Assembly (NCBI GenBank): GCA_044225505.1
Contig: JBGAIN010000088.1
Location: forward strand, 1-33,194
Source: Limisphaerales bacterium
Lineage (GTDB): Bacteria > Verrucomicrobiota > Verrucomicrobiia > Limisphaerales > SIBE01
Length of the DNA: 33,194 bases
Reading direction: 5' to 3'
Each line of letters opens with the position of its first letter. Positions within the stretch are counted from its first letter, which is position 1. The notes beneath the pieces are model-generated. The model saw only the letters and a list, made by a program, of their open reading frames with translations. It had not been told where the DNA came from and ran no database searches. Below, in pieces: positions 6,631 through 15,445 of the stretch. A program made the translations under genes and the position numbers.

Positions 6631-7063
6631 CCAGGTCTGATCCACGAGTCCGTTTCCTAACTTCCGAACGAACGTCTCGACCACCTCCTGCCGCGGCGAA
6701 AGTGAGCAGCGCTCCGCTTCTTAAGAAATCTTGGCGTGGTCGCATCTTGGCGTGCGGAACGCATTCAGCCATCCACCCGAGAGTGAGCGACTGGCCAGAG
6801 ATATGTCTCACATGCCGGGAGCAAATTGCTCCGGGATTCGGTTGCGCCGTCGCGACGCGCGACGACGGAGGATAGCCGCCGCGTTACTCGCTCGTTATCC
6901 CGACCTGTCGGGACGGGTCTGCGCCTCGCTCGCGCCTTACGGGCGCGCAAAAACCCTCGCCGCGAAAGTGCAAGGACTTAGCGGTCACCACACTAGATCG
7001 CTGACTTTGGCTGGATGTGACGGTTCGCGGTGGGGGGATGCAGAGCGGACGAAGGTGCGAAAG

Positions 7064-7117
7064 GATTAGGAGAACGATTAAGATCAGGATTACGATTAAG
7101 ATTATGATTATGATTAC
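7064..7117 (+). repeat. Degenerate hexamer tandem repeat (GATTAN) x9
   Basis: gattag gagaac gattaa gatcag gattac gattaa gattat gattat gattac. Confidence 0.9.
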
Positions 7118-7186
7118 GGGGGGAAGACCAAGACGGAAGCTGTTGGTATATAGCGAGCTGCATGGAACTCGGCTCGCCTCGAGGGA

Positions 7187-7226
7187 AAAGCGCCAGGGGT
7201 CTGGCGCACTCCAAGACGCTGGCGCG
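7187..7226 (+). repeat. Dispersed REP-like element, copy 1 (aaagcg...cactccaagacgctggcgcg)
   Basis: Hairpin gcgccag-gggt-ctggcgc followed by actccaagacgctg; related copy at 12663-12702. Confidence 0.75.
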
Positions 7227-7726
7227 GAAGGACGAAGGTGCCTCAAAAACTCGTTCGCCGCACCATCCCAGTTGAGGCCTTCTGCAAGCTGGCAACAATT
7301 TGTTGACGGAGTGTGAGACAAATCAACCAATGGACGCACAGTTTGGGAACGGACCGTTCCCAAACCGAAGATCGGGTGGCGACAAAAAGTCACCAGATGG
7401 GGCTGACCACCGTCGTTCGAAACCGGTGACCATGCCCAACGTGTGGCGAGTAAGCGAGGTACCTGCGTGCGCGGGAAGTCTCCTGTCGCTTTGATATCGT
7501 TTCCGATCGTCTCTACCCGCTTTTCCGGAGAATCGCGACCTGGGAAGCCCTGCGCCACTTCGATTTTAGATGCCTCGAGCGCGTGAGGTCGCCGAAGCAG
7601 AGCGGTTGATCTCGCCGTTCAGAAACCCTTTCAGGGCTGCTAGGAACGGTCGGCTGCGGCAGGTTGGGCTCGCCAGATTGGCCTTACCCCCGCTCCGAAC
7701 CACCATGAACTCCTGAACGACCGGTT

Positions 7727-7755
7727 TTGACAATAGCCGTTCTCCTTGGCAGAAT
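7727..7755 (+). promoter_or_regulatory. Sigma70-type promoter, probably leaderless transcript
   Basis: TTGACA (7727-7732)-N17-CAGAAT (7750-7755) with an extended TG, 6 nt before ATG 7762; no SD sequence. Confidence 0.55.
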
Positions 7756-7761
7756 CGTCTC

Positions 7762-8730
7762 ATGCGCACTCTGTTCCTGGCTGGGTGGATCTTCGTGAAC
7801 TTGGTCGCGCTTTCCCACGCTGCGCCCGTTCCAGACTTCAAGTTGATGGATGTCAACTCACGCTCCTCGCGTCGGAACACCCTCGTGTCGCCGCGGGACT
7901 ATATGCTGCAAGTCTCCGGTTACTATTTTGCGGAAGCGCACTGTTCCTATTGCCGCTTGCAGTTCGGATACCTGAACAAGATGATGGGTGAGCTGCGGAC
8001 CAACGTGGCCGATCTGAATATTGAAATCGTCGGGGTCAACCGGAATACGGACGCGGAGTTCAATCCCCTGATTACGGTCGGTCGCACGCTGCCTTGGCTG
8101 CAAGATACCACCGAAACCGACGCCTGGTCCGCGTGGCAAGCAACGTGGCGTGACGTTCAGATCGTGGATGCCCAAAACCAACGGATCACCATCTACAATC
8201 TCACCGATCACGACCTTTCAGACTCCGCAAACTACGCTGCTCTCAAGCAAATGTTCCTCGATGCGGCACGCGCCACGGATGTCGACGGCGATAAACTCCC
8301 GGACGCCTGGGAACTGCGTTACTTCAGCAATTTGAACGCGTTGCCCGATCAGGATCCGGACGGCGACGGCGTCAGCAACGCCGTCGAGTTCGCGTTTGGC
8401 ACGGATCCCACCTCGCCCAACTCGGCCGCGTCCATTAAACAGTCCTACATCCGCAGCGCCCAGCAGGTCCCCATCTCGGTTTCCTTCCGCAGATTCGCCG
8501 GGGGCATCTTCGATTACACTTTCGAAGTCTCGGACGACCTCCAGAAGTGGAGCCCGGCCACACCGGAAATCCTTGCCATCCAATCCCCCTACAATCGTTT
8601 TGACGGGTTTGGGACAGCGGAAGTGAACGCCGCGTTCAGCGACGCGGCCCTTGGCGCCCCTCTGAAATTCGTTCGGGTCCGGGCCCATCCGAGGAGTGGA
8701 AGTACTGCGGGGCCGTTGGTTGCGCCTTAA
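7762..8730 (+). CDS. Exported thioredoxin-fold (AhpC/TSA-like) protein with DxDGDG Ca-binding repeats and C-terminal beta domain
   Basis: Signal peptide; PDFKLMDVN; YFAEAHCSYC CxxC; LPWLQD; DVDGDKLPDAWE and DPDGDGVSNAVEFAFGTDP; YTFEVSDDLQKW...FVRVRA. Confidence 0.8.
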   Translation: MRTLFLAGWIFVNLVALSHAAPVPDFKLMDVNSRSSRRNTLVSPRDYMLQVSGYYFAEAHCSYCRLQFGYLNKMMGELRTNVADLNIEIVGVNRNTDAEFNPLITVGRTLPWLQDTTETDAWSAWQATWRDVQIVDAQNQRITIYNLTDHDLSDSANYAALKQMFLDAARATDVDGDKLPDAWELRYFSNLNALPDQDPDGDGVSNAVEFAFGTDPTSPNSAASIKQSYIRSAQQVPISVSFRRFAGGIFDYTFEVSDDLQKWSPATPEILAIQSPYNRFDGFGTAEVNAAFSDAALGAPLKFVRVRAHPRSGSTAGPLVAP

Positions 8731-8902
8731 GGATCGCGGAACCCCCTGTTTTGGCTCTTTTGGCCCAGGTCGCCAGAGCGTAGCCCCCTTGGCCAGGGTC
8801 AGCTTCTTTCCTTGGGAAAGGTCGTGTTTTCAGAGGCCGCAGTAAAGCCGCTGGGTCCCTTAAAGCTTGACGGTCGGGGCCGTTATGGTTGCATACCCAC
8901 CG

Positions 8903-9289
8903 ATGAAGACGAATGCGTTTGTTGTTTTGGCGGCTGTGTGCCTCGCCGCCTTGCTGGGTGGGTGTGTTAACACCGTGGATGGCAGGTCTCGGGCAGGTAT
9001 GCCGATCGCCACGGACACGAAAGAGAGCACCTACGAACGCCCGGTAGAGCAGATTTTTACCGCAGCCAAAGACGTTCTGAAGCTTAACGGCACGCTCGTG
9101 AGCGAGAACACGATCAACCACTCGCTCGAAGCCAAGATCGACACTCGCACCGTCTGGGTTGCGGTCGATGAAATCGAGCCCAAAGTCAGCCGAGTGCGTG
9201 TGCAAGCCCGCACCAAAGGCGGCCGCGGTGACATCGACCTGGCCAGCGAGATCGACAAACAGATCTACGGAAAACTGATCACCCGTTGA
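8903..9289 (+). CDS. DUF3568-like lipoprotein
   Basis: MKTNAFVVLAAVCLAALLGGC lipobox; YERPVEQIFTAAKDVL...SRVRVQARTKGGRGDIDLASEIDKQI. Confidence 0.75.
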   Translation: MKTNAFVVLAAVCLAALLGGCVNTVDGRSRAGMPIATDTKESTYERPVEQIFTAAKDVLKLNGTLVSENTINHSLEAKIDTRTVWVAVDEIEPKVSRVRVQARTKGGRGDIDLASEIDKQIYGKLITR

Positions 9290-10523
9290 TCCCGGCGTCA
9301 CTTTCGGACGGACTTCCACCGGGCGGGCCATGTTTTAGGCCGATATTCTGCTCATAACTGCCGAGCTTGACCACTTGCGCAGCCCGTTTCGGGCGGAGTT
9401 CCAGCTTCAAATACGCAATCCGATTCAATGCGTTTTCCGCCGCGGCCGTTTTCGGGTAGAGCTCGGCAATTCTCCGTAAGGTCGCGCGGGCCTGAGCTTC
9501 GTCCCCTGTCAGCTCGATCTGCAAATCCGCGAGGGTATTAAGCCAATGCACCACTTGCTTGGTCGGCTGGCCGGGATACCCGATCAGTTGCTCCAACTGG
9601 TCCGTCGCCAGGTCAAGCCGTTGATACTCGCGCGCGTAAAGTAACGCCAGCTTCTCCCGGGCCTCGTAATCGTCCGGATACTGTTCCAGGTGCTGCACGA
9701 ACTTCCCTGCCACCACGCTTGGATCCTCTGGTGGCGGAACAAGGTTTACGGGCGTCGTTCTCAGTCCGATATTCTGTTCTCCCGGGCGTAATGCAATCCG
9801 TGCGGGAGCCTCTCTTTCCGCCAGCATGGCTTCCGGCGTTAGGTGCGCAATCCGCTGCAAGGCCAACTGCGCTTGTTCAGTCCCGGGAAGACGGGCCACA
9901 ATCTGTTCCAGGGCCAGCCGCGCCGATTCGCGATCGCCGTTTAACTTCAAATGCCAGTCCGCTTCCCGGCTCAAGGCGAAGGCGATGTTCTTCGGCGCGT
10001 GGCCTTCCTGAGCGAGAACCTGGGCCAGTGTCTCCCGCGCTGCCGACAAATCTTTCAGATCCTCCGCCTGGATTTCAGCCAAGAGCATCCAGCCCGGGAA
10101 ATCTGTTGGAAACCGTTCCAGCTGAGATTGCACTTCCTCGATCGCTTCCGCGTATCGGCCTTGTTTACGACGGGCGTTGGCCCGTGAGTAGAATGGCGTC
10201 GGATCCACTTGTTCGTTCCCGCCCGTATACAAGGAAGCGAATTGGTCCCCCACAAAATCGCAGAACTTTTGCCGCCAAACAAAGGTCATCACCAGCCCAC
10301 CCACAGCGCCAATCAAGACCGCGGCAATCTTGGAAAACTCGTCTCGGGCGCGAGCGGCTGAGACAAAGACAAAGCCCAACACGACGGCGCTGATTGCCCA
10401 GCGGACAAGCAGTTGGCCGGGCTCATCACTGGCCTTGAGCCAGCGCCAGAGCAGCCAGCCCATAAAGCCCAGAACGACGAAGAGCGGGATGAGGTTCCAG
10501 ACCAGGTGAGGAGTCGAGTGCAT
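9279..10523 (-). CDS. Membrane-anchored tetratricopeptide repeat protein
   Basis: Three N-terminal hydrophobic helices, then TPR-like helices (YSRANARRKQGRYAEAIEE, AREKLALLYAREYQRLDLA). Confidence 0.8.
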   Translation of the reverse strand: MHSTPHLVWNLIPLFVVLGFMGWLLWRWLKASDEPGQLLVRWAISAVVLGFVFVSAARARDEFSKIAAVLIGAVGGLVMTFVWRQKFCDFVGDQFASLYTGGNEQVDPTPFYSRANARRKQGRYAEAIEEVQSQLERFPTDFPGWMLLAEIQAEDLKDLSAARETLAQVLAQEGHAPKNIAFALSREADWHLKLNGDRESARLALEQIVARLPGTEQAQLALQRIAHLTPEAMLAEREAPARIALRPGEQNIGLRTTPVNLVPPPEDPSVVAGKFVQHLEQYPDDYEAREKLALLYAREYQRLDLATDQLEQLIGYPGQPTKQVVHWLNTLADLQIELTGDEAQARATLRRIAELYPKTAAAENALNRIAYLKLELRPKRAAQVVKLGSYEQNIGLKHGPPGGSPSESDAGING

Positions 10524-10555
10524 AAGTCCCTTCGCGCCGTGCCACTCTCCGCGTA

Positions 10556-11617
10556 CTACCCTGTGCGCTTCACTATCCGTTCCGGGTTACGTGCTCGCTT
10601 CAAGGCGGTATCGTAACTGATCAGACAACGGCAATAGAGGTCATACAGACAGGCATCCATCAAAATCATTCCCTCCTTGCCACCGGTCTGAATCACCGTC
10701 TCGAGCATGTGCTTGTTGTCTTCACGGATCAGATTCCGTATGGCGCTGTTTGCCACCAGGAGCTCATAGGCCAGCACCCGCCGCGAACGGTCCGCGGAAG
10801 GCAGCAGTTCCTGGGCAATGATCCCCTGCAGCGAATTGGCCAGCTGCATAATAATCTGCCGCTGGGCGGCCCCTTCGAAAACCCCAGTAATCCGTTCAAA
10901 GGCATGAGACACACTGGGTGAATGCAAGGTCGCCAATACCAAATGCCCAGTCTCCGCCGCTGTCAATGCGGCCGAGATCGCGTCATGATCCCGCATCTCG
11001 CCCACCACGATCACGTCCGGATCTTGCCGCAGCGCATGAATCAAGGCTCGGCGAAACGAATGCGTGTCGGTTAGAACCTCCTGTTGGACGATGATCGCCT
11101 TCTTGTTTTCGTGAATGTGCTCGATCGGATCTTCGATGGTCACCACCTTGCAGCGCCGCTCGCTGTTAATGAGATCAACCATGTAGTTCAAGGTCGTCGT
11201 CTTTCCAGCCCCGGTCGGACCCGTGATCAAAACCAATCCGTTCGGACGCCGCGCCAGATCGTCAATCTTCGCTGGCAACCCCAACTCTTCGATGCCTGGA
11301 ATCCGGCGGCCACAGAAGCGAATGCTCATCTCGGGACTCCCGTTCCTCCGATAGAGCGTTACCCGAATGCGCCCCGCCACTTCGTGCGCAAAAGAAATGC
11401 ATAATTCCCATTCCCGATCGAACTTCTCGCGCTGGTCCGGATTCAAGAGATTGTAGGCCATGCCCGCCAAGGCTTCGACCGAGAGGACATCCTCGTCCGC
11501 CAGGATGATTTCGCCGTTGATACGAAACGCCGGGGGCACTCCAACGACCAAGTGAAGGTCCGAAGCTTCCTGCTCGATGGCCGTTGTGATCAGCTTATCA
11601 AAACGTGAGTAGCTCAT
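10556..11617 (-). CDS. pilT: Type IV pilus retraction ATPase (PilT/PilU family)
   Basis: ASDLHL, Walker A GPTGAGKTT, TIEDPIE, LRQDPDVIVVGEMRD, AETGHLVLATLH, AIRNLIRE; start MSYSRF overlaps the upstream stop (ATGA). Confidence 0.92.
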   Translation of the reverse strand: MSYSRFDKLITTAIEQEASDLHLVVGVPPAFRINGEIILADEDVLSVEALAGMAYNLLNPDQREKFDREWELCISFAHEVAGRIRVTLYRRNGSPEMSIRFCGRRIPGIEELGLPAKIDDLARRPNGLVLITGPTGAGKTTTLNYMVDLINSERRCKVVTIEDPIEHIHENKKAIIVQQEVLTDTHSFRRALIHALRQDPDVIVVGEMRDHDAISAALTAAETGHLVLATLHSPSVSHAFERITGVFEGAAQRQIIMQLANSLQGIIAQELLPSADRSRRVLAYELLVANSAIRNLIREDNKHMLETVIQTGGKEGMILMDACLYDLYCRCLISYDTALKRARNPERIVKRTG

Positions 11618-12387
11618 GTGCCAAACGCCTGCCGCCACCAACCCCGGACGCGCGTCCAAATACCTGCGGTCGACAGGTCCGAAAGTTCATTCGATTCCGG
11701 TTGGCACACAGGATCCAGATCCCGGGCATGACTAAAAGATTGCGCGGCGGCTTGCGGCAATCCCAGCGCCAACTGGCATCGTCCGAACTGAAGCCAGACG
11801 GCCGCTTGGGTCGGATTCAATTCGAGCGCTTTTTGCGCCAGCTGGAGGGCTCGCGAAAACTTGCGGTAAAAGTAATAGATCCGGCATGTCAACCAGTAGA
11901 CAAACCAGTCTCGAGCCGCCATGGCCATGGCCTTGTCGAAACAGAACTCCGCTCGCTTCTCCGCCCGCGCCAGTAACACATCCCCCCTGGCCAGCCAAAC
12001 GTAAGGCGTGTTTCCCTGCGTCTCGACGGCCGCATCGGAATAGCTGAGTGCGGCGTCCAAATCACCTGAGCGCGCCAACGCCACCGCTTTGGCCGAGAGC
12101 AGTTCCGCGTCGTTTGGAAACGTTTCCAGCGCCTTGTCAGCCCAAAGGTTCGCCTCCCGCCACTCTCGCAACTCGATCAACATGCGCACTTGGCCAGTCC
12201 AAGCCGCCGCACTTTGCGGGTCAAACTCCAGAACCTTCGCATAGGCCCGCAAGGCCTCTTCAAACCGCCCGGATTCGAACGAACGCCGAGCCTCTCCGAG
12301 GTAATACTGTGCATCCTTGACCGCAGGGGCACTGGCGGCCGATTCATCATATTCACCGCTAAATTCCAAGTTATTGAATCGGCTCAT
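11614..12387 (-). CDS. Tetratricopeptide repeat protein
   Basis: Multiple TPRs (GRFEEALRAYAKVLEFDP, ALQLAQKALELNPTQAAVWLQFG); likely start MSRFNNLEF. Confidence 0.85.
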   Translation of the reverse strand: MSRFNNLEFSGEYDESAASAPAVKDAQYYLGEARRSFESGRFEEALRAYAKVLEFDPQSAAAWTGQVRMLIELREWREANLWADKALETFPNDAELLSAKAVALARSGDLDAALSYSDAAVETQGNTPYVWLARGDVLLARAEKRAEFCFDKAMAMAARDWFVYWLTCRIYYFYRKFSRALQLAQKALELNPTQAAVWLQFGRCQLALGLPQAAAQSFSHARDLDPVCQPESNELSDLSTAGIWTRVRGWWRQAFGT

Positions 12388-12662
12388 ATCGCTCAAATAA
12401 GCGTAAGTTGTGCCACTGATCGAACTGATGGTCTATCTGAAGATGACGCACCTGCCAATGATTTCTGGCTTTAGTCCTTAGACGAAGCCACGGACGGTTC
12501 GTCACGCGTCCCCGCCCTCTCCTACTCTTGCTCCGCCCTGTTGCACACTCACTAACGCCACTCCGCTCCGCCAGGTTTTGGCTTGGGGTTGCCCTCCACA
12601 GCTTCCCGCAGTGCCCGCCCTCGCCGCCTCGTGCCAGAGCCTCTCCCGAGCGTTGGCACCCC

Positions 12663-12702
12663 AAAGCGGCAGAGGTCCGCCACGCTCCAAGACGCTGCCG
12701 CG
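12663..12702 (+). repeat. Dispersed REP-like element, copy 2
   Basis: aaagcggcagaggtccgccacgctccaagacgctgccgcg, homologous to 7187-7226; gcgttggcaccc is also duplicated at 12650 and 12762. Confidence 0.7.
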
Positions 12703-12957
12703 CAATAACTAAGCGCCCCCATCGCCGCTCGCCTTTGCCGAATCGTGTCCAAGCTGCGCTGGCGTTGGCACCCAAAATCCACGCCTGGTTCCGTGGCTCT
12801 CCGATAGCGGTTGACGAAAGCGGGGGGAAGGAGCGACTGTATTTCGCGTTGCCGGGCTTTCGTTCATTGGAAATGGCTGGCTGGCCCGGGTTTATGAACT
12901 ACAACCATTCCTCTGTCTCCCCTTCGCTGACGGTGCGCGAGGCACCGGACAGACCTT

Positions 12958-14583
12958 ATGTTGGCTGAACGGCTCCCTACGTCAGATCTCCTCCCGTGTT
13001 CCCGACTCTCGCCGAGGCTGGTTTGTGCGTTGGCTTTCGTGATTCTTTGTCTAGCGCGCGCGGCTTTAGCGGCCCGCAACGAGGCCGATGCTGCAGCCCA
13101 AGCCTTTTTCGACAGCCCAGCGTTGGTGCAATTTGAAGTGGAATTGGACCCGGAACGATTCGAGCAACTCGCGCAGTCTCCGAGGCGCTACGTTCCCGGT
13201 ACGGTCAAAGTGGGAAACCAGAGCTTTGAACAGGTAGGGGTTCGACTAAAAGGGACAGGGACATTTCAACCGATTTCCAAACGTCCAAATCTCGTCCTCA
13301 AATTTGATTGGAAACGCGCCGATCAGGAATTTGCCGGGTTGACCAAACTCTTTCTCAATAATTCACTGCAGGATCCGAGTCTCCTGAGCGAATTCGTCGC
13401 CAGCCAAGCCTACACCGCAGCCGACATTTCCACACCTCGTATCACTCACGCCCGAGTGCGGCTTAACGGCCGTGATCTCGGCCTCTGCGTCCTGGCGGAG
13501 GCTGTGAACAAGCGCTTTCTCCGACGCCACTTTAGCGACGCCCAAGGCAATCTCTACGAAGGCACGTTCCGCGATGTGAACGCTCCCTTGGAACAGGACA
13601 ACGGGAAGAAAGGAGAGCGTTCGGACCTCATCGCGCTGGCCACCGCCGCGGCCCTACCCGACCGCGAGGCCCGCCGTCAAGCCTTGTCCCAAGCACTTGA
13701 CGTCGGCAAATTTCTCGATTTCCTCGCCGTGGAAATGATCATCGCCAATTGGGACGGCTACGCGCTGCATCAAAACAATTATCGCGTCTACCACGACTCC
13801 GGCTCAAACCTGCTCTACTGGATTCCGCACGGTCTGGATAACTCCATCTTCGAGACGGGGTTCTCGGTGGTTCCTCCGCGGCGAGCACTTCTGACCTCGG
13901 CCTTGCTCGAAACCCCGGACGATCGCGCTGCCTTCCAACAACGCGTCCGCTCATTGCTGCCACGAGTGTTTGACCCGGCCAAGATCCTGCACCGCATCGA
14001 CGGAGAAGTGGCCAAGATGCGGCAAGGAGCGTCGCCCCAAGAGTCCGAGCGCATCGAACAACATGCCAGCTTATTCCGACGCCGCGTGCAGGAACGCGCC
14101 GTGCGGGTGAAAGAACAACTCGACGGCACGGGTCGAAACACGCCGTCCTTTGCCCCAAACAATGTGGCCGTGCTCACGGGCTGGACGGCGAAACCCGATT
14201 GGAATGATTCGCCTCTCGACGCCCCGGATCTGGAAGGGCAGAAGACGCTCCGTGTCACCGCCACCAACGGCTACTGCTTCGGGTCCTGGCGTATTCCAGT
14301 CTGGCTGCCGCCCGGCCGATATCGACTCGAGGGAAGCACCACAACAGCCGGCGTCAAAGGCTTGCCCAGCATGACCGGATCGGGTGCCGGAGTTCGTGCT
14401 CTCGGAAACATGCGCGGCTCCGGCGTGGACGGAACGCAGCCCTGGACACCCGTGCAACACAATTTCACGGTGGAGGAAGGCTGCGAATACGGCGAATTGA
14501 TCGCTGAACTCAGGGCGTACCGCGGCAAAGCGTCGTTCGATCCGACTCGCTTTCGACTCATTCGACTTTCCCCACCGCATTAA
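12958..14583 (+). CDS. CotH kinase family protein with C-terminal beta-sandwich (CBM-like) domain; start uncertain
   Basis: VGVRLKG, LFLNNSLQDPS, EAVNKRFL, GNLYEG, NWDGYALHQNNY, WIPHGLD; N-terminal signal-like segment. Confidence 0.85.
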   Translation: MLAERLPTSDLLPCSRLSPRLVCALAFVILCLARAALAARNEADAAAQAFFDSPALVQFEVELDPERFEQLAQSPRRYVPGTVKVGNQSFEQVGVRLKGTGTFQPISKRPNLVLKFDWKRADQEFAGLTKLFLNNSLQDPSLLSEFVASQAYTAADISTPRITHARVRLNGRDLGLCVLAEAVNKRFLRRHFSDAQGNLYEGTFRDVNAPLEQDNGKKGERSDLIALATAAALPDREARRQALSQALDVGKFLDFLAVEMIIANWDGYALHQNNYRVYHDSGSNLLYWIPHGLDNSIFETGFSVVPPRRALLTSALLETPDDRAAFQQRVRSLLPRVFDPAKILHRIDGEVAKMRQGASPQESERIEQHASLFRRRVQERAVRVKEQLDGTGRNTPSFAPNNVAVLTGWTAKPDWNDSPLDAPDLEGQKTLRVTATNGYCFGSWRIPVWLPPGRYRLEGSTTTAGVKGLPSMTGSGAGVRALGNMRGSGVDGTQPWTPVQHNFTVEEGCEYGELIAELRAYRGKASFDPTRFRLIRLSPPH

Positions 14584-14598
14584 AGTCCCCTTATTCCC

Positions 14599-15435
14599 AT
14601 GCCCGAACTGGCTGAAGTGGAATACTATCGCACCCGATGGAACGTTGGCTTGGGTCAACCCATTGTCGGGATCGCGGTGCACGGCGAAAAGCGGATCTTC
14701 CGCAAGGTGGATGTCCCGGCTCTCGTTTCGCAGATGGTTGACGCCGTTTTCCTGGAATCCCAGGCCCGCGGCAAACAGCTCCTGTTCCGGTTTTCCAAGA
14801 ATCTTTGGCTGGGCTTGCATCTTGGCATGACGGGAAAACTTTCGGCTGAGACAGCTGACTATGCCGCCGGCAAACACGATCATCTCGTCTTGCGTCAGCG
14901 GGACCGTTCGCTCCTCTTCCATGACCCTCGGTTGTTTGGTCAAATTCGTTTTCATCAAGGCGCCGACGCGCCGGATTGGTGGAGGGCGCTGCCACCGCCA
15001 GTTGATTCGCCCGAGTTCACCGCTGAGCGGATGGAACAGTTCTTGAAGCGACATTCCAAACTGCCCATCAAAGCGGCCCTGCTGCTCCAGGCTGGCTTTC
15101 CCGGGATCGGTAATTGGATGGCCGACGAGATTTTGTGGCGAGCCAAAGTTCATCCTCGTTATCCCGCAGGGCGACTCGCCGCCGACGCGCAACGGAGGTT
15201 GTGGCGCGAAGTGCGTTTCGTCGCACGGAAGGCTATCACGTCGATTGGCCAGGATTTCTCGGATCCGCCACGAGGTTGGCTTTTCCATGAGCGTTGGGGC
15301 AAAGGCGGCCGATGCCCCATTCATGGCAACACCCTGGAGCGGCGGACCATTGGGGGGCGGACAAGCGCCTGGTGCAAGACGTGCCAGCCTGAAGCGTCGG
15401 GTGCTCGGCTGCGAGCAAGGAAAGCCTCCGTCTAA
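14599..15435 (+). CDS. Fpg/Nei family DNA glycosylase
   Basis: MPELAEVE, RGKQL, HLGMTG, DPRLFG, H2TH motif GIGNWMADEILWRA, zinc finger CPIH...CKTCQP. Confidence 0.92.
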   Translation: MPELAEVEYYRTRWNVGLGQPIVGIAVHGEKRIFRKVDVPALVSQMVDAVFLESQARGKQLLFRFSKNLWLGLHLGMTGKLSAETADYAAGKHDHLVLRQRDRSLLFHDPRLFGQIRFHQGADAPDWWRALPPPVDSPEFTAERMEQFLKRHSKLPIKAALLLQAGFPGIGNWMADEILWRAKVHPRYPAGRLAADAQRRLWREVRFVARKAITSIGQDFSDPPRGWLFHERWGKGGRCPIHGNTLERRTIGGRTSAWCKTCQPEASGARLRARKASV

Positions 15436-15445
15436 ACGATCGGTG

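Noticed and set aside
6731..7558. ORFs 6731-7069 (contains HEPN-like RNAFSH) and 6884-7558 (poly-Ile stretch)
   Set aside because: Low-complexity translations of repeats; the Ile/Leu run comes from the GATTAN tract and the RxxxxH match has no supporting domain context.
7930..7955. Possible selenocysteine in the thioredoxin-like CxxC
   Set aside because: Both codons are Cys (TGT, TGC); there is no in-frame TGA.
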